DNA from: Ascidiella aspersa
Taxonomy: Eukaryota
Direction of reading: 5' to 3'
Assembly: GCA_963924565.1 (NCBI GenBank)
Contig: OZ004615.1
Location: 15,066,001-15,130,000 of the forward strand
DNA length: 64,000 nt
The notes under the pieces are model-generated. The model saw only the letters and a list, made by a program, of their open reading frames with translations, made no database searches and had not been told where the DNA came from. A program made the translations under genes and the position numbers. Shown here in pieces: positions 12,893-26,810 of this stretch. The stretch's first letter is position 1. The number at the start of each line of letters is the position of its first letter.

Positions 12893-15491
12893 TTTGAATT
12901 CACTTGAAGCCCAAATTACTCAATACAGTTACAATATGGAAGTTAGGTAACCGCCTTTAGGTAAGTCTTTAAATATACCTAGCGCAGACTATTTTTAATA
13001 TCGTGTGATCGAGGCCACCTGTAGTTTGCTTGTCGCAAGATCACGCAATGTTTAAACTATGTTTTATTTTTTGCTGTCAGCATTTCGACTTTAATTTGTA
13101 CAACCAAGCGGCGAAACGAACCATATGTCGGCACTTGTTGGGTTCAATTGATAAATGTTTGCTTTTTGTTCTGTTAGCATAAATGAACGCTAATGCAATG
13201 TATTAAAACGTTGCGACACTCTTGACCCAAGTAGAACTAAATTGCTCTTACAATCAACCGGAAGGGCACTAAAAAATATGTCATTAATTTATCTTGTCTT
13301 GTAAATGGCTGAATGTCTGTTTAGAAAATCTTGATTTTAACGGCTTTAGGTTTTAATTATACTATAACAGAAACAAACAGCAATTGAAACCAATTAAACG
13401 CAATATTTTCGAGCACTACACGATATAAGGTAACATATGACGTCATATCTGACTTAATTATGACAACCCTTGTAACAACGATTTTTGATCCTCGCCCTGA
13501 TCTGTTAAAATGTCAAGGTGCGATGCCCCAAACGTAACTATAATATACAACATGGTTTTTGCAAAGTTTTTTGTCACTGCGAAGAAATAATATACGCTGT
13601 TATTTTATCTCGGTCTTGTCATTAATTTATTTATTTTTGACCAAATAAAGTCAATATAGGACTATTAGTTTTATAAGATTAGGAGTATGTGCGACAGGGC
13701 GTTCAAAAGTGTAGATGTTCAATCTGGAAGTTACTGACGCTTCTTTTGTTTCTGGTCAAAGGATATTAGGGTAGACAAATCAGAATGCTGTGGTTGATTA
13801 AAAAAATCAGAATGATGTTGTTAATTAAAGTGCACTATAGTCAAAGGTGATAAATATAGGAAAAATCTTACTCTTTAACATAACGAATTTAAAAAGCGAT
13901 GTTAATTACTACATCGATGAGCCGAACTAATGTTTTTTATTGATAATAAGTACTTAAATCACATGTGTAACGAAATAATTAGTTCATTACTGACGCAATG
14001 TTAATTGTAACTAATAAAGCTTAGGCCTACTCGTTTTAAAAAAAGTTGCGCCTAAGTGTACATAGGTTTATGTTGCTCAACAAGACGTTGCAAAGTATAA
14101 CGCGTAATTGTAATGGTCTACTGTAGGCCAATATTTAGCGAGTTTTCGTCACAATGTAATTTACAATTAATGGTAACGCGTTACTAATGGCTTTAAAATC
14201 ATTTTAGCATGACGTTTGACTGCTTTAGCATTATGTTTAAATGTCTTAAAAACTGGCTGAATTTGACAACAGTGCATTGTGCTGCAAAGCACTCATTATA
14301 TGGGCAAAAATTCAACTAACAACCTGGTGTTTTTGTCCCGTATTTTGAATACAATTAAAACATGGAATACAGTTGAAACAACTAACAAATGGTAGTTGGT
14401 TACAATGTTAAATATTTGTTACCTAATTTTACGATTACATTATGTAGCAAATTGTTAAGATGGATGGCTGTAAGTTAAGTGATTTAATTCAAAACCTATA
14501 ATTCTACAATACCTTGGAATTCTACTTAAAACATCCGTAGTTACATGAACTGTTGAACTGATAGAATGCTTCTTGCGGTAATTTTGATAATCCAAAATCA
14601 TACCTTCTCCCAGGTCAGATAAAATAATTTTTTATTTACGTGATATACGGACCTCAAATTCGTTGAGAAGCAGTGGTTTATATTTCCCTCGAAAAAGAGT
14701 GTAAAATGGGGACATTAAAGACTGACATACAACTATTAGGTGTTTATTTATTTTTCTTATTTGAGCTTAGTGGTGACGTCATTTTGTATCGCTAAACGAG
14801 TAATTGTAACTTTGCAGGCTCTTGTTCCCTTGAAATCATAAAAAGCTATTTAAAAAAAAAAGTTTAATAGTCACAACATCTTTTTGATTAGCATTAACAA
14901 AAACAAGTTATGGTAGACAGGTCGTAAGTTATTTTAACATCATTTAAATCAAAGGAGAATGTAAAAGAGGTTGTGTAAACTTTAAACGTTACTCAACGGA
15001 CGCCTGTTATAAAAACACCAACTTGTCCTAGTTGCCCATTTAATTCTTTACGATGGATATGGTTAGCGTTAGCGACCCAATGTGCAGCCTCCATATCATC
15101 CAAACTAGTTTAAAACATCCCGATTGAAACCAATAAGCAATTACGATCGTATGAAAAATTGAGAAATAAAACAACAAAGCACATACGATCGCTGGCAGTT
15201 TATTGTTTCCAACGTAACAGCGGGTCGGGAAAAAACAAAAAAAAAACGTCTTTAATACATTAAAACATGATTCTATATAAAGTTGCATTCCCCCTACCGT
15301 TACCGGTGCGGTAGTAATAAAGCTTTGCGTCACGAAAACGCGCTAAAATGAAGATAAAAGACGAATGCTAAAAATGTCCATTAAATGCCAGAGACCCAGT
15401 TGGATTTGCAGAGAACCTACACTTCAACGATCACACGACCGCCTTCTTCGAACTTTTTGATCTTCGTAACTTCGGGAAACGCTTGTATTCT

Positions 15492-18400
15492 TCAGTACAT
15501 TCCCGATATGTTAACGTTTCGCGGCTTTTTAATCTTTTCGATATTCTTGACTATCATGTCGTGTAAGGTCGACTGTTAAATAAAAAATAATAAACGTCAT
15601 TGTACACTTTTTGCAGAAAGCATTTTTGGTAAATTTGCCCGACTATAACTTGCCTGCAAAACTCATAATGTTACTAGGGCCGCAACAAGCGAAAAAAAAA
15701 TTCTCAGGTCACATATACTGAAGTTGATATAACGTACGAACCAGCCATCGCGCAAAAATGACCCTAACTTGGTTTAAATACACAAATAAAATCGGTCCAC
15801 AACAGACTACTCCGCGTATTTTGGTGTGGCACAATTCTCCAAACGTTAATCCACGTTATGAGCCTAATAATTCAACTATTCATGTTAAAATGCGACTTGC
15901 GAACTGTGTTCTCGCCCTAAAATTGGATTTTTACTTAATTATTATCATACTTATTGACACGGCACTGTATGAATGAATTTTACTATCCCGCAAGCCATAT
16001 GTTGTGCAGACATGAACTAGAACAAGGGCAATGTAAAACAATCAAATAAAAATGTTTTGTACCGAAAAAGATTTTGCTTAAAAAACACGTTTTAAAATAT
16101 ATGTGACACGGTTAAGGGGGAAAACTTTACTTTTTTTTACTTTTTTTAACACTATTTTGCTGTTATAATAAGATAACTACGGAGTTTGTTTTTCCCTATT
16201 CCACAAACGATGATAGTTATTTCAAACGTTTGACTGTTGCTCCACAAAACTGGATGTCCAGCCAAAGGTGGTGAGATAACAACACAGTATTTACCAATAG
16301 TGGTGTCATTTTGTAAAGACAAACTTGGATTATTCAATTAATAATACGTACGTAATGATTTCTAAGTTCAGCTATCATTAGACGAATGCTAAGTAGCTGC
16401 TTTTCGTCGACTTCCTGAACAAACTGCCGGTAGTCGCCGCAGTGCGGATATTTGGCAATCTTCGAAACGATTTGGCCCCTACAAAAACAATTTAGTAACG
16501 TTCTAAGGAAAATATAAAAACGCGTCAATGCACACTTGAATAAAACAGCCCAAATATAAAATTCTCAAAATACGATATGTGCCACAAAAGTTGTTAGTCG
16601 AATTTGTAATGAGTGCTTTAAATACTCGCAATGTTCAGGTTTAGTAGGGTTGTTCAAAAAAACACTTTACTGTCAAATTTCAGTGGGGACCCTCTGGAAT
16701 TGTTAGGTTGCGTCTAAAACAGGGCTTTGGAGCAGTCGTAAATGTTAAACGGCTCCGGCTCCAGAGCTCTCTTTTATCATAGGTTAGCTCCAGCTCCAGA
16801 GCTTATTGATACCACTGCTCCGGCTCCAGCTCCGGCTCCATTACGTCAAAAACTGAGGTTTAAGGCTAAACGCTTAATTTGCAATATCTAGCGTTTCAAA
16901 ATATTCACAAACGAAACACCACAATGGTTAGTTACAAAAGGTGCGCCAAAGAGGCAATAATTCCTAATTTTGTGAAGAGTTGCTGTTAAATTATGTGAAT
17001 TCAGCTATTAGTGGAAGGCTAGTAGCATAGCATCTTATGAAATACATCAGAGCCGGAGCTATTTTTTAAACAACTGGCTCCAGCTCCATTTAAATTTCAC
17101 GTGGAGCTCCGGCTCCGTTAAAAATGTACGGCTCCGGGGCTGCGGCTCCACGCTCCGGCTCCAAAGCCCTGCTAAAAACCCCTCAAACCAAATCGTAGCA
17201 CTTTTGGTTAAGTATTAACCGTGCTACGTCAATTTAAAAATTCAGATTTAGGCTAAAATTTTGGAAAAAAATAATTTATCTCACCAAAGAAAAAAACAAT
17301 TTTCTAGTTTTTGCATTGCGTTGCAATTGAATAGCTAGGAATAAACCAGTTTTACAGTTTAAAAGTGAGTAGTCATTGTATAAATGTTTCATTTCAACAA
17401 CATTTGCTAGGTTGTTTTATACGAAATATGGCTTAAAAATTTAAAATAAAGTAGATGCAGCACACATGACATAAAATCAATAAAAAAGTGCATTTAGTCC
17501 ACACAATTATATTAATTACTTACCTAAGTTCCAAAAAAAACGTGCTAAAAAGCCATTTTTCGTACAAAGCAGCCTAACAAATGTTGTTAAAATGTGACAT
17601 TTGTACCATGACTACTCACTGTTTTACTGTAAAACAAGTTTATTTATGGCTATTCAATTGCAAAGCAATGCAAAAAAAGTAGAAAATCTTTTTTTTTTCA
17701 GGGGTAGGACAATTTCTTTTTTTTCAAAATTTTAGCCTAAATCTGAATTTTCAAATTGACGTAGCATGGTCAATACTGAACCAAACGTGCTCAGATTTGT
17801 TTTGTGGGATTTTTAGACGCAATCTAACAATTCCAGGCAGTGGCGTATCCAGGGAGGGGGGTTTGGGGGTTCGGACCCCCCCCGAATTTCTGGATACGCC
17901 CCTGAATTTCCAGGGGGGTCCCCACTGAAAATTGACAACAAAGTGTTTTTTTTGAACAACCCTAATGTAGCATGTTTGTTTTCAAAATTGTTTTGTTCAG
18001 CATAACAGCCTTTAAAGACAGCGCTGTTTGCTTTGATTGTATTTCTTAACAAAATTGTGTTGCTACTACGGGTTGTTTAATTTTTAACAAACAAGGACAT
18101 CAATCATAAAACTTTGAAAAATATTAAAAGGTGTTGCTAAAACAAAGTTTTAATGCTGTTTTTAAAATATTTAATTATTGTAGCATTTGAATACTCAAGT
18201 AAAAGATATCACAGTGTACCAGGTAGGGGCCAATAACATAAATTTGCTTTGTAAAAACATCTTTAAAATAAATGTGTTGGACGAATTGTGCTTTATTATT
18301 AATAAATAGTCTTCAGATGCATTCTAAACAAATAAAAAAATGTTAGCATAATTTAAGTCAATATTTTGGTTTACGGCAATTATTAAGGCAAATTTTTACC

Positions 18401-20714
18401 AAGATGTGACCTTTCTCTTGTCCCACATTTTAATGAGATAATTCTAAAAATCCTAAAATTAATCCTAAAAAAAGTTATTTATTTGTCTTTAAACAAAACG
18501 AAAAAGGTTGCTAAACAATTTCAATCAGGATTTATTTACAAAAAATATTACCTTGTAAAAAAATATTTAGAAATTTGATCAAGATATGAAGCTGTTTCAC
18601 TCTCTACTTGACGCAATTCAGAAAGTGTCTCTTCCTGTGTAAATAAAACACACACAAGTCAATTTTTTAAAGATCAATTTAACTCACAGTTGGCGTGAAA
18701 AATGTATTTCCTAAATTTTATTAAACATTACGCATTTAAAACTTTTGCAGCATGACAGACAACAGCAGCATAAAATATAACTTTCCACAGATGAATTCCT
18801 GTTTTAAGTTCAAAAAAATATCACTTCAATACAAAATTATTTATAACTCAAAAAAAGATGCAAGTATGTTTGTTAGAAGATATAAATATGTTTGTTTCTT
18901 GAGAAATATTCACTTTTTTCAATTGAAAAGATTTACTTAAATATAACTTTTTACCTGAATGGATACTCCAAAATTGTTTCCATCTTCGATTTTGGGAATA
19001 AGTAGAGTAACCCACATGCGCACTGTGTTTGACTTTTCAATCAGCATTAAAATTTCGGGTTTGATTCGCTTGACTAGCTTTAGGATGTGTTCATTGCAAG
19101 TTACTGTGCCATTTGGAAATAAAAGAACTTTTGAACCTGTAGGCAATCAAGTTTTTTAATAGAACAGCAAATAAAGGAACAAATTACTTAAACCTTATGT
19201 TTTGAACAATTTGTTGATAACATTAACTTGTTTAATAAAAAAATCTTTCAATAACAATTTTGGGTTAATTTTTGTTATACTTGAGGTTTTGGATAGATCA
19301 AGGTCATCATTTGGTAAAGCTAATTTTCTCTTCTTAGATGAGCTATTGTCGCCAGCAGCCACATGATTGGTAGTCACCTCTGGTTCAGGGATTGGGATGT
19401 TTACTTCCTTTAGGAGATTTGTCATGTCTAAAGTCATGCCATCTTCCTGTACAAACAAATTCAATGATTTACATCTCTAGCTATATACCACTTTCTGATA
19501 AATTGGAGAAAGTAATTGTATAAACAGAACGATTTAATGGCAGTTTTTAGGAATTTGGGGAGGTCAGATAGGCAAATGCAGTTTTATTGCTCAACCAGGG
19601 TTAGGATTTTGCCTGCTCGCCTATTGATTCTTGACTAGGTCCCTATTGATTCCTGTATATTTTTTTGGAGGGGGAAGGGTGGCAAAACAAATCATGAAGA
19701 ATGATTTTAAACTGGCACAAGCTGTTATGCAAAAAATGAAGCTTTATATCTTTGTTCAGCATGTTTGTAATAACCATAAATCATTGAATCGGGACCAAGG
19801 ATTGATCAATAGCTTTATTATAGTTCAAAGTATCGTTCATTTAGTCATATTGTTTATTTTGGGGCATGAGGAATTTTAATAAAAACGTTAATTAGTTTCG
19901 TACACATAATTGATTAAACTTATCTTACCATGTGTGTAAAAAACACACTAATTTGCAGTTTAAGAAGTATGTATACATGCAAAATAGAAAGGAGACAGAA
20001 ATCTGCGGACGGTGTGCTGTCAGTTGAGCCGAGTTTTTGGTTTTTTTATCTATTTAGGTTTTAAGCTACAAAAGCATGAAATATTTAGATGCAATCAGGA
20101 TGTACTAAATAATTTTAATAAAAATAAAGCCTTGGTCTATATTTATGACATAATACAGACTAGGATATAAGAGGTATTATGAAAGAAATAATACAAATTG
20201 GAGGTAATAAACTTAATATTATTCTCTGTTCCGCCAACCTAACCCATGATTTATAAATGTATTATATTATTTTGTTATAGATGGAAATGTCATCTTGAGT
20301 TTAGAGCAGAGGTTTCCAAACTTTTTTATATGGTGAACCAGTTTACTTTTTTAAAATTATGGCAAGTTTTGTGAAATCTCATTATTTCACATTCATGAGT
20401 GGGGAACAGGGGGTTAATAATAAAAACAATCAGAGATTTCAATAATGCTTTTCATAAACTACCATTTGGTCAAACCTACATTTTTACATATATATAATAT
20501 AAGTTTCTTACTTTCAGCATTGAATCCAATTCTATGCATTTTCTTGGAAAGAAATCATTGATTAATTCTTCTGCTTCCTTTGTGATACTTTCTTTGAAAG
20601 CATCTACCTAAAAAGTACACAAAATATGTCTTAATGATAATAAAAACTAACTAACACAAACAAATTGACAAATACCTTTTGCTTTAGTTCTTTATCTTTG
20701 ATGTCTAGATTCAT
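15492..20714 (-). CDS. PSME3: Proteasome activator complex subunit 3 (PA28-gamma/REG-gamma), 7 coding exons, about 257 aa
   Basis: Exons 20676-20714, 20512-20607, 19281-19446, 18955-19136, 18552-18634, 16352-16478 and 15492-15572, all GT-AG and in frame (774 nt). Recognisable motifs: VDAFKESITKEAEELINDFFP, KKRK NLS in the homolog-specific insert, activation loop LLIPKIEDGNNFGVSIQEET, SKIAKYPH, ELRNHY, LHDMIVKNIEKIKKPR and a C-terminal Tyr. Confidence 0.95.
16720..17171. mobile_element. MITE with GCTCCG internal repeats, nested in the left arm of the foldback
   Basis: 14-bp TIR CAGGGCTTTGGAGC / GCTCCAAAGCCCTG; CTAAAA duplicated on both flanks. Confidence 0.8.
17838..17904. mobile_element. 67-bp micro-MITE nested in the right arm of the foldback
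   Basis: TIR CAGTGGCGTATCCAG / CTGGATACGCCCCTG; flanks AATTCCAGG and AATTTCCAGG. Confidence 0.75.
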
Positions 20715-22453
20715 ATTGTTATCAGAAAGCGTCAAATTCAATCAATGTTAAGTATTCTGAACAATACGGTTAAAAGAGATGGATGAACAGTTTAATATAT
20801 TCTACAAACAACACAAACGCCATAAAAATATTTTTACTAGCATTATACACATTAACGTCAACCTTTTTTTTTAAATAGTTCCACCGCGACCGCGACGATG
20901 TGATTACTTTTCAACATTTTCATCACGTTAATATTTCGACTTAAGGCGACACGCGACATATTTGGTATTATTATTCTTTAGGCAAATGTTGTCAACAAGA
21001 TATATAAGCGCATAAAATAAATAAAACACAACTAGTGCTGTACTGATTTTAGACTTTTGGATAGATTTTGTAAAATTGCTTCGCTAATTAACGCGTCACG
21101 GATTAAGGAAAAAATGTCGCGTTTGTAATGTCGCCGCGCGAATAATACTTCGCTTGCTGTCTTTTGCCCTCAATAGTCCTCTGTTGTTCTTTTCAATCTT
21201 TTGTTGTTCTAAAGTTAGCTTTTGACCTCCCGCTGTCAATTGCGGCCATCGAAAGTTTAATTCACTATGATTCTCAAATGAAGGTCGAGGTTAGTTTTAC
21301 TGTTTATTTTAAAGTTAACAGAATATTTGCTTCATTATTTTTAAAATCTCTTTGATTTTTGGTCATGACAATATGCTAATCAAAAAAACATTTCATTTAA
21401 TTTTGTCTGCTAAATACCCGACTGTTTAATTTTGCTAATATGTATAGCAAGTATGTTATTTAAATTCCTAAAACAAAAACACAAACGTAAGATGTCAATT
21501 TCATACCTAATTTAGACCTTAAACTGAAAGTTTACTTGGGCACAAGACACACACCCCCGGCCCCACACGCTGTTGGCACAATGTCATTTTTGGATCGAAG
21601 AAATCCATTGTCATTATTTATAGTACGGTATACACTGTTTTTTATTCTGGGAAAATGACTATAGGCTACGTGATAATTGATTAAGTTGAATCAAGATAAA
21701 CTATAAGCACAGGACAATGTTCCCCCCAACTTCATGACCAATAAACCACATGTACCGTAATAAATTAGAATAACGTCACGTCTCCTAATACCTAAATTAA
21801 CTATATTTTTCTATATTTGAGTCACATAAACTGTTGTAATGTTTATTATTGCAGCGTATTTCGCGCCTTGCCTTTCACTAATTTCGTAAACCGCGACGTA
21901 CTTGCAAAGTGCGCATTCTTTTGCTGAGATAACAATTGATTTACGTGGTATATAAGCCGCACCCGCCTCATTTCTGTCTTCCAAATGATTTACTTCTATT
22001 GGAAATATAACACGGGCGACGAGGGTTTTCAACGATGATGCAATTTTATTTGTGATTTAGCAACAAGGTAGTCTCACCAACCTAAAGGTTCCCAAGCTTA
22101 GAGTAAAAAAACGACCATCAGCAATAACGGGAGGCAATGGTGGCATGACATCTTTCGTGGAAGCTTCTGTCTTTTGTGTCAGCGCATCGAAAAGAACGCC
22201 TGATTTCAGTCTAGTTCATCTACTCCCTACGGTGGATCTGCGCAGTTTCCTCATGGCCGACGAAGTTCACGCATTCGTCAGTACGCATCTGCCTCTGACT
22301 TCTCGTAAATTTTTGCCCTTGGGCTGAAGCACTGAGGTTACGATTGACCAGTTTCGTGGGAAATGAAGCTGCTTTGAAAGATGTTTTTAAAATTAGAAGC
22401 ACTGAAGTTGCTTTTTCTTAACTATTTAAATTGCTACGAAAACCTAAGATGCC

Positions 22454-23965
22454 ATCAAGCCAGGGACAGTTCCCTTTTGCGCTGTTTAATGATTTAAATC
22501 AAAAAAAAAAATTCTGGAACAGAAAAGGGGGCATAGACGTTAGTAGAGCTCAATGATTGGGAATCTCTGTTGTTCCAAGTGAGGAAATCGCCCTTTCCAT
22601 GCTGTTCGTCCGGCAGAGTTCGTGTAAGCGGCCACTACTTATCAATTGTAACCCCCCCTTCACACACAACTTCAGCCTATGCCGCTAAAGCAACAACTGA
22701 GAGAAGAGCGCAGTTTTACCAATATAGGTCTGTTCGATGTATGCAATCTGGTTAGACATGACCGGAAAGCCAAAGAAATTGGCGCTCAGCAGTGTTGTAA
22801 TAACTTACTTCAAATACTCACTGTTTTAAATGACTCAACTTAAATAAATTCCTTTAGGTAAATTAACTTGAATTGACTTAAATCTTTTTGACTAATGGTT
22901 CAAATTGCTACGAAAACCTAAGATGCCGCTCGGGCTGCCAATTAAACCGTTGTCGGTGCAGAAATGGATGCCGTAAACAAGCTACAAAGCAGCAACGACT
23001 TTTCTGGAGATTTAAACTCATGGTGTAATTTTTGCAAGCGAAGAGGATATTTGCAAGATATGTGCCGTTTGAATGTACATATCACAAGCGTGATATTAAT
23101 GGTGAGTATTCATCACAAAGCAGTTCGAAAGCTAGGTTTACCACTAATCGTTGATTTTAGGTCGGTTAAAGTAAACTCGACACCAATGTATTGCTTACCG
23201 ATATGCCCCTACTCATATTAAAATATGATTGGCTCCTATTGTTTGCCGAACTAGGTATTTTTAAAACGCTTACGCTTTGCGTCTCAACAATTTGAACATG
23301 CTCTGCAAAAGACTTCACTTACGAGATGATAATTTCCTTGGACAATATTATGTATCGAACAAGTGAGTTAAGGCCCGTGTCTCTCATCGAATCACAAAAT
23401 AAATGCAAGAGAATTTGCACGGATTTCTGTAATTTGTTTAAACTTTAAAGAATAATTAGGGAATCTACAAGGCGCCGAATTAGAGGTGTTGTTAAAACAA
23501 AATGTCACACTCGTATATCAAGCCAGGGACAGTTCCCTTTTGCGCTGTTTAATGATTTAAATCAAAAAAAAAAAAATCTGGAACAGAAAAGGGGGCATAG
23601 ACGTTAGTAGAGCTCAATGATTGGGAATCTCTGTTGTTCCAAGTGAGGAAATCGCCCTTTCCATGCTGTTCGTCCGACAGAGTTCGTGTAAGCGGCCACT
23701 ATTTATCAATTGTAACCCCCCCTTCACACACAACTTCAGCCTATGCCGCTAAAGCAACAACTGAGAGAAGAGCGCAGTTTTACCAATATAGATCTGTTCG
23801 ATGTATGCAATCTGGTTAGACATGACCGGAAAGCCAAAGAAATTGGCGCTCAGCAGTGTTGTAATAACTTACTTCAAATACTCACTGTTTTAAATGACTC
23901 AACTTAAATAAATTCCTTTAGGTAAATTAACTTGAATTGACTTAAATCTTTTTGACTAATGGTTC
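22454..23965. repeat. Local direct duplication: 22454-22901 is nearly identical to 23517-23965
   Basis: The 448/449-bp copies differ by a few substitutions and A-run length; this explains the duplicated ORFs at 22570 and 23634. Confidence 0.95.
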
Positions 23966-24039
23966 ACTTGGAATGAAGTCATTGGGTCAAATGACTCGGG
24001 TAAAAATTAAGTGTCTTTATTTGACTTGTTTCAACACTG
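23854..24039. mobile_element. Small MITE with CAGTGTTG termini
   Basis: CAGTGTTGTAATAACT...TTGTTTCAACACTG with internal TGACT repeats. Its left part is duplicated and truncated at 22790-22901. Confidence 0.55.
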
Positions 24040-24209
24040 ACACTCATGCTCTTTGGGGTACTTTTTTTGCTATGTTTTTCCTTTTGTTATTTCGTCCGTA
24101 CCGGGCTACTCTTTCAAAAAAAAAGCATTTGCAAAATTCGCGTCGTTTACTTTAACGTCTAGATAAAAAGGGTCTACGTTGCCGGTTGACGAAATTCAAA
24201 TAGGAACAA

Positions 24210-24817
24210 AAGGGAGTTGAATACCACTATAAATGATGTAGGTTTTGCCATTTGTCGTAAGAACGTAGGAGTCGACATATAGCTAAAACCTACAAGCACA
24301 ACATATTTTTGTGATTTAATAATAGAAGACATGGTATCATTATAAACGATATAAAGGAAGTATTTTCCACGTATGTTAGCTTGCCGAATCTCGTGCCCAG
24401 CTCCGATTCTACAACCTGTATTCCGCCCATTTGCGTAACTAAAATAGGATGGATATACAGCAATCTACTAGCGGGGTGCTATACAACTTATTTCTCAACA
24501 ACGCGTGGGTTGGACAATATTACACAATATAGTGTTTGACCTTTACGCCTCATAGGTTTCCATACGGCACTCGGGTAGTCTTACTCGAACCTTAACCGAA
24601 CTCGAACCTTTTAAGAAAGCGGTTCACTCCCGAATGACGTCACAAGTTGTATTTTACAGAGTCAAGTTATACCATGTTCCAAATTTTCAGTCGAACCGGA
24701 GCTCAACCGGAACTTCTAAATTGCTTCGAACCGAAACTGGAACTGAACCGGATGTTGAAAAAAATCCTGAATCCGAACCAAACCTTATTCTAAAAAATTA
24801 AACGGTATAACTCCCTG
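24210..24817. mobile_element. Degenerate MITE with GAACC internal repeats
   Basis: AGGGAGTTGAATACC...GGTATAACTCCCTG imperfect TIR and clustered GAACC(G) motifs at 24585-24785. Confidence 0.4.
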
Positions 24818-26810
24818 TTTTTTCACACATTTTATACTAAATTTAGCATAATTTATTTTATAAACTTAATTTGACATAATTAAAACGCGTAACGTCATAA
24901 AAACGTTATTCCGTGTGTTATTAATTTACCAAATGAATGATACGTTAGAGTTTTAGTTGTATATGCGGGTCTTTCTTAAGAGCCTGCCCTTAGTGGAAAA
25001 TTTCACGTCGTTTATGGTGCATGACGCCTTATTGACGTCATTACTTATATAGGGCGTTTTGGAATTGAGTTTTTTTGTTTTCCATTAATATGTCGAGTTT
25101 TGATAAGCATTTTTAATTTTGTAGCCCATATGGAGTATGATGTCATTATGACGTGATAGACATGACGTTTTATTTTTTTTATAAAATTCTTGGTTCCTTT
25201 CCAAGAATCAATAAAAACGTTAGGCGTAATTTCCTGAATTTTTGCAATGTGTTATAACTGGACTTGGCGCCTGGTGATTTTAGATTTTTACCTTAGGACC
25301 ACTGATTTCAACCTGGAGGTAATTAACCTAAAAAAAACTATTTTTGTTATGAGCGATTGTAGTTGCTTCATTTCAAGAATCACTGACCTGTCCCTACCAC
25401 TGTGTCTGTATATACTGTAAATTGGAAAAAACTCATGAAACTTTCGCCCTTAAACGTTTTGATTTCATTTATTTGTTTATCTCTGATCATAATAATAACG
25501 TTATTTGATATCAGATCGGATCGCAATAACATTTTCCCAAAATATCGGGTATAATAGCTAAAATAAATAATAAAAACATATAATACTAATTGCAATGGTA
25601 ATTGAATTACAGTACTACTTTAGTCGGCAGATAGGCCGACACCTTCTGCTGCTATAGCCTCAGTATTTAGCGAATCTGAAAGTATACATAATGATGTTTG
25701 CAATGCATTGTTCGCTGTACTTACAAAAATATGCTGTTGTTTCTAAAGCGCCCTATTTTAGCTCGAAAAGTTCTAAACTTACATTTTTTTTAACTTGTTG
25801 GTTTGGTAGCAATTTTCGTGATCGTCATTTGAAGAATCTGTCATGAACACTACCGGTAAAAAACACTTTGTCAAAAAAATACTTAAATCATCTATTGCTG
25901 TGTTATACAGTTTGTACTGGATCAAAAATGAACAAAAGGCTCTTGGATCATATTGTGCTATGCGAGGCCAACCCCAGGGCGTCGGATGATCCCTGTTCGA
26001 CCATATCAGAAGGTTAGCAAATCCAACGTCCTCAGCCGACAATCTGATAAAATGCTAGATTTCTATAACTGAACAAACCCGGTGTTTGTCACGTTTTTTT
26101 ACCCGGGTTTAAGTCTCCGATTTTAGCGACTTTTGGCCTTTACCCCTGACCAACGGACAGTACTGTCATATCCGTGTATTGCTTGCTATATCGATTATAA
26201 TCATTGACTTTCATGGGGTAAGCTATAGTGTAATACCATTTTAAATAAAATCAAATCTTGATTCATTTCAATTCTTATCAAAGCCATTTAGGTACTAGAG
26301 CTACCAAATATACTAGCTTTTTTACGAATAAAAAATGTAAATGTAGTAAATTAATTACTGGTTTTCATTATAGTTGTCAATCCAACCCAATGGTGTTCAA
26401 TGGATTATTTTTATACGGCTACACAATCCATCAAACAATATATGTTTTTTGTTTGATACCAAACAAGTATTTCGGGCTTTTACGTGCACAAAAAGAAGCT
26501 TTCGTTCAATTTTTAACTTAACATTTCGTACATCTAATACTTTGCAATGTTGTGATAAAGCTAAACTAAACACTGCCTGTTCAGACGTTCGCTTCAAACT
26601 TGCTGTTGTTGGTATAGTTTAATTTAAAGAACACAATCGTTTTCAGGCAGCTCTTGCTTGAAGTTTATTGCGCCTTTATCACATTTATTTTTTGGGCTTC
26701 TCAAAGGAGTGATTTTGCGTGCATATCAACATGTACAAAGGTTTCTAAACCCTAAATGCGATGGAGAAACCGTGAAAGTAGCATCAGGAGACAGGGGGAA
26801 AATGTGCAAC

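Larger units (their letters stand above)
16645..17964. mobile_element. Long TA-terminated foldback element in PSME3 intron 5, interrupted by two insertions
   Basis: TAGGGTTGTTCAAAAAAACACTT at the left end and AAGTGTTTTTTTTGAACAACCCTA at the right end. The arms remain complementary for several hundred bp once the two inserts are removed. Confidence 0.8.

Noticed and set aside
22145-22402. Coding exon suggested by higher GC and two short ORFs
   Set aside because: The frames examined contain stops and show no recognisable homology.
22454-23965. Intact LTR retrotransposon or TRIM
   Set aside because: The repeats lack TG...CA ends, a PBS/PPT and a 4-6 bp TSD around the pair, and one end cuts through a MITE.
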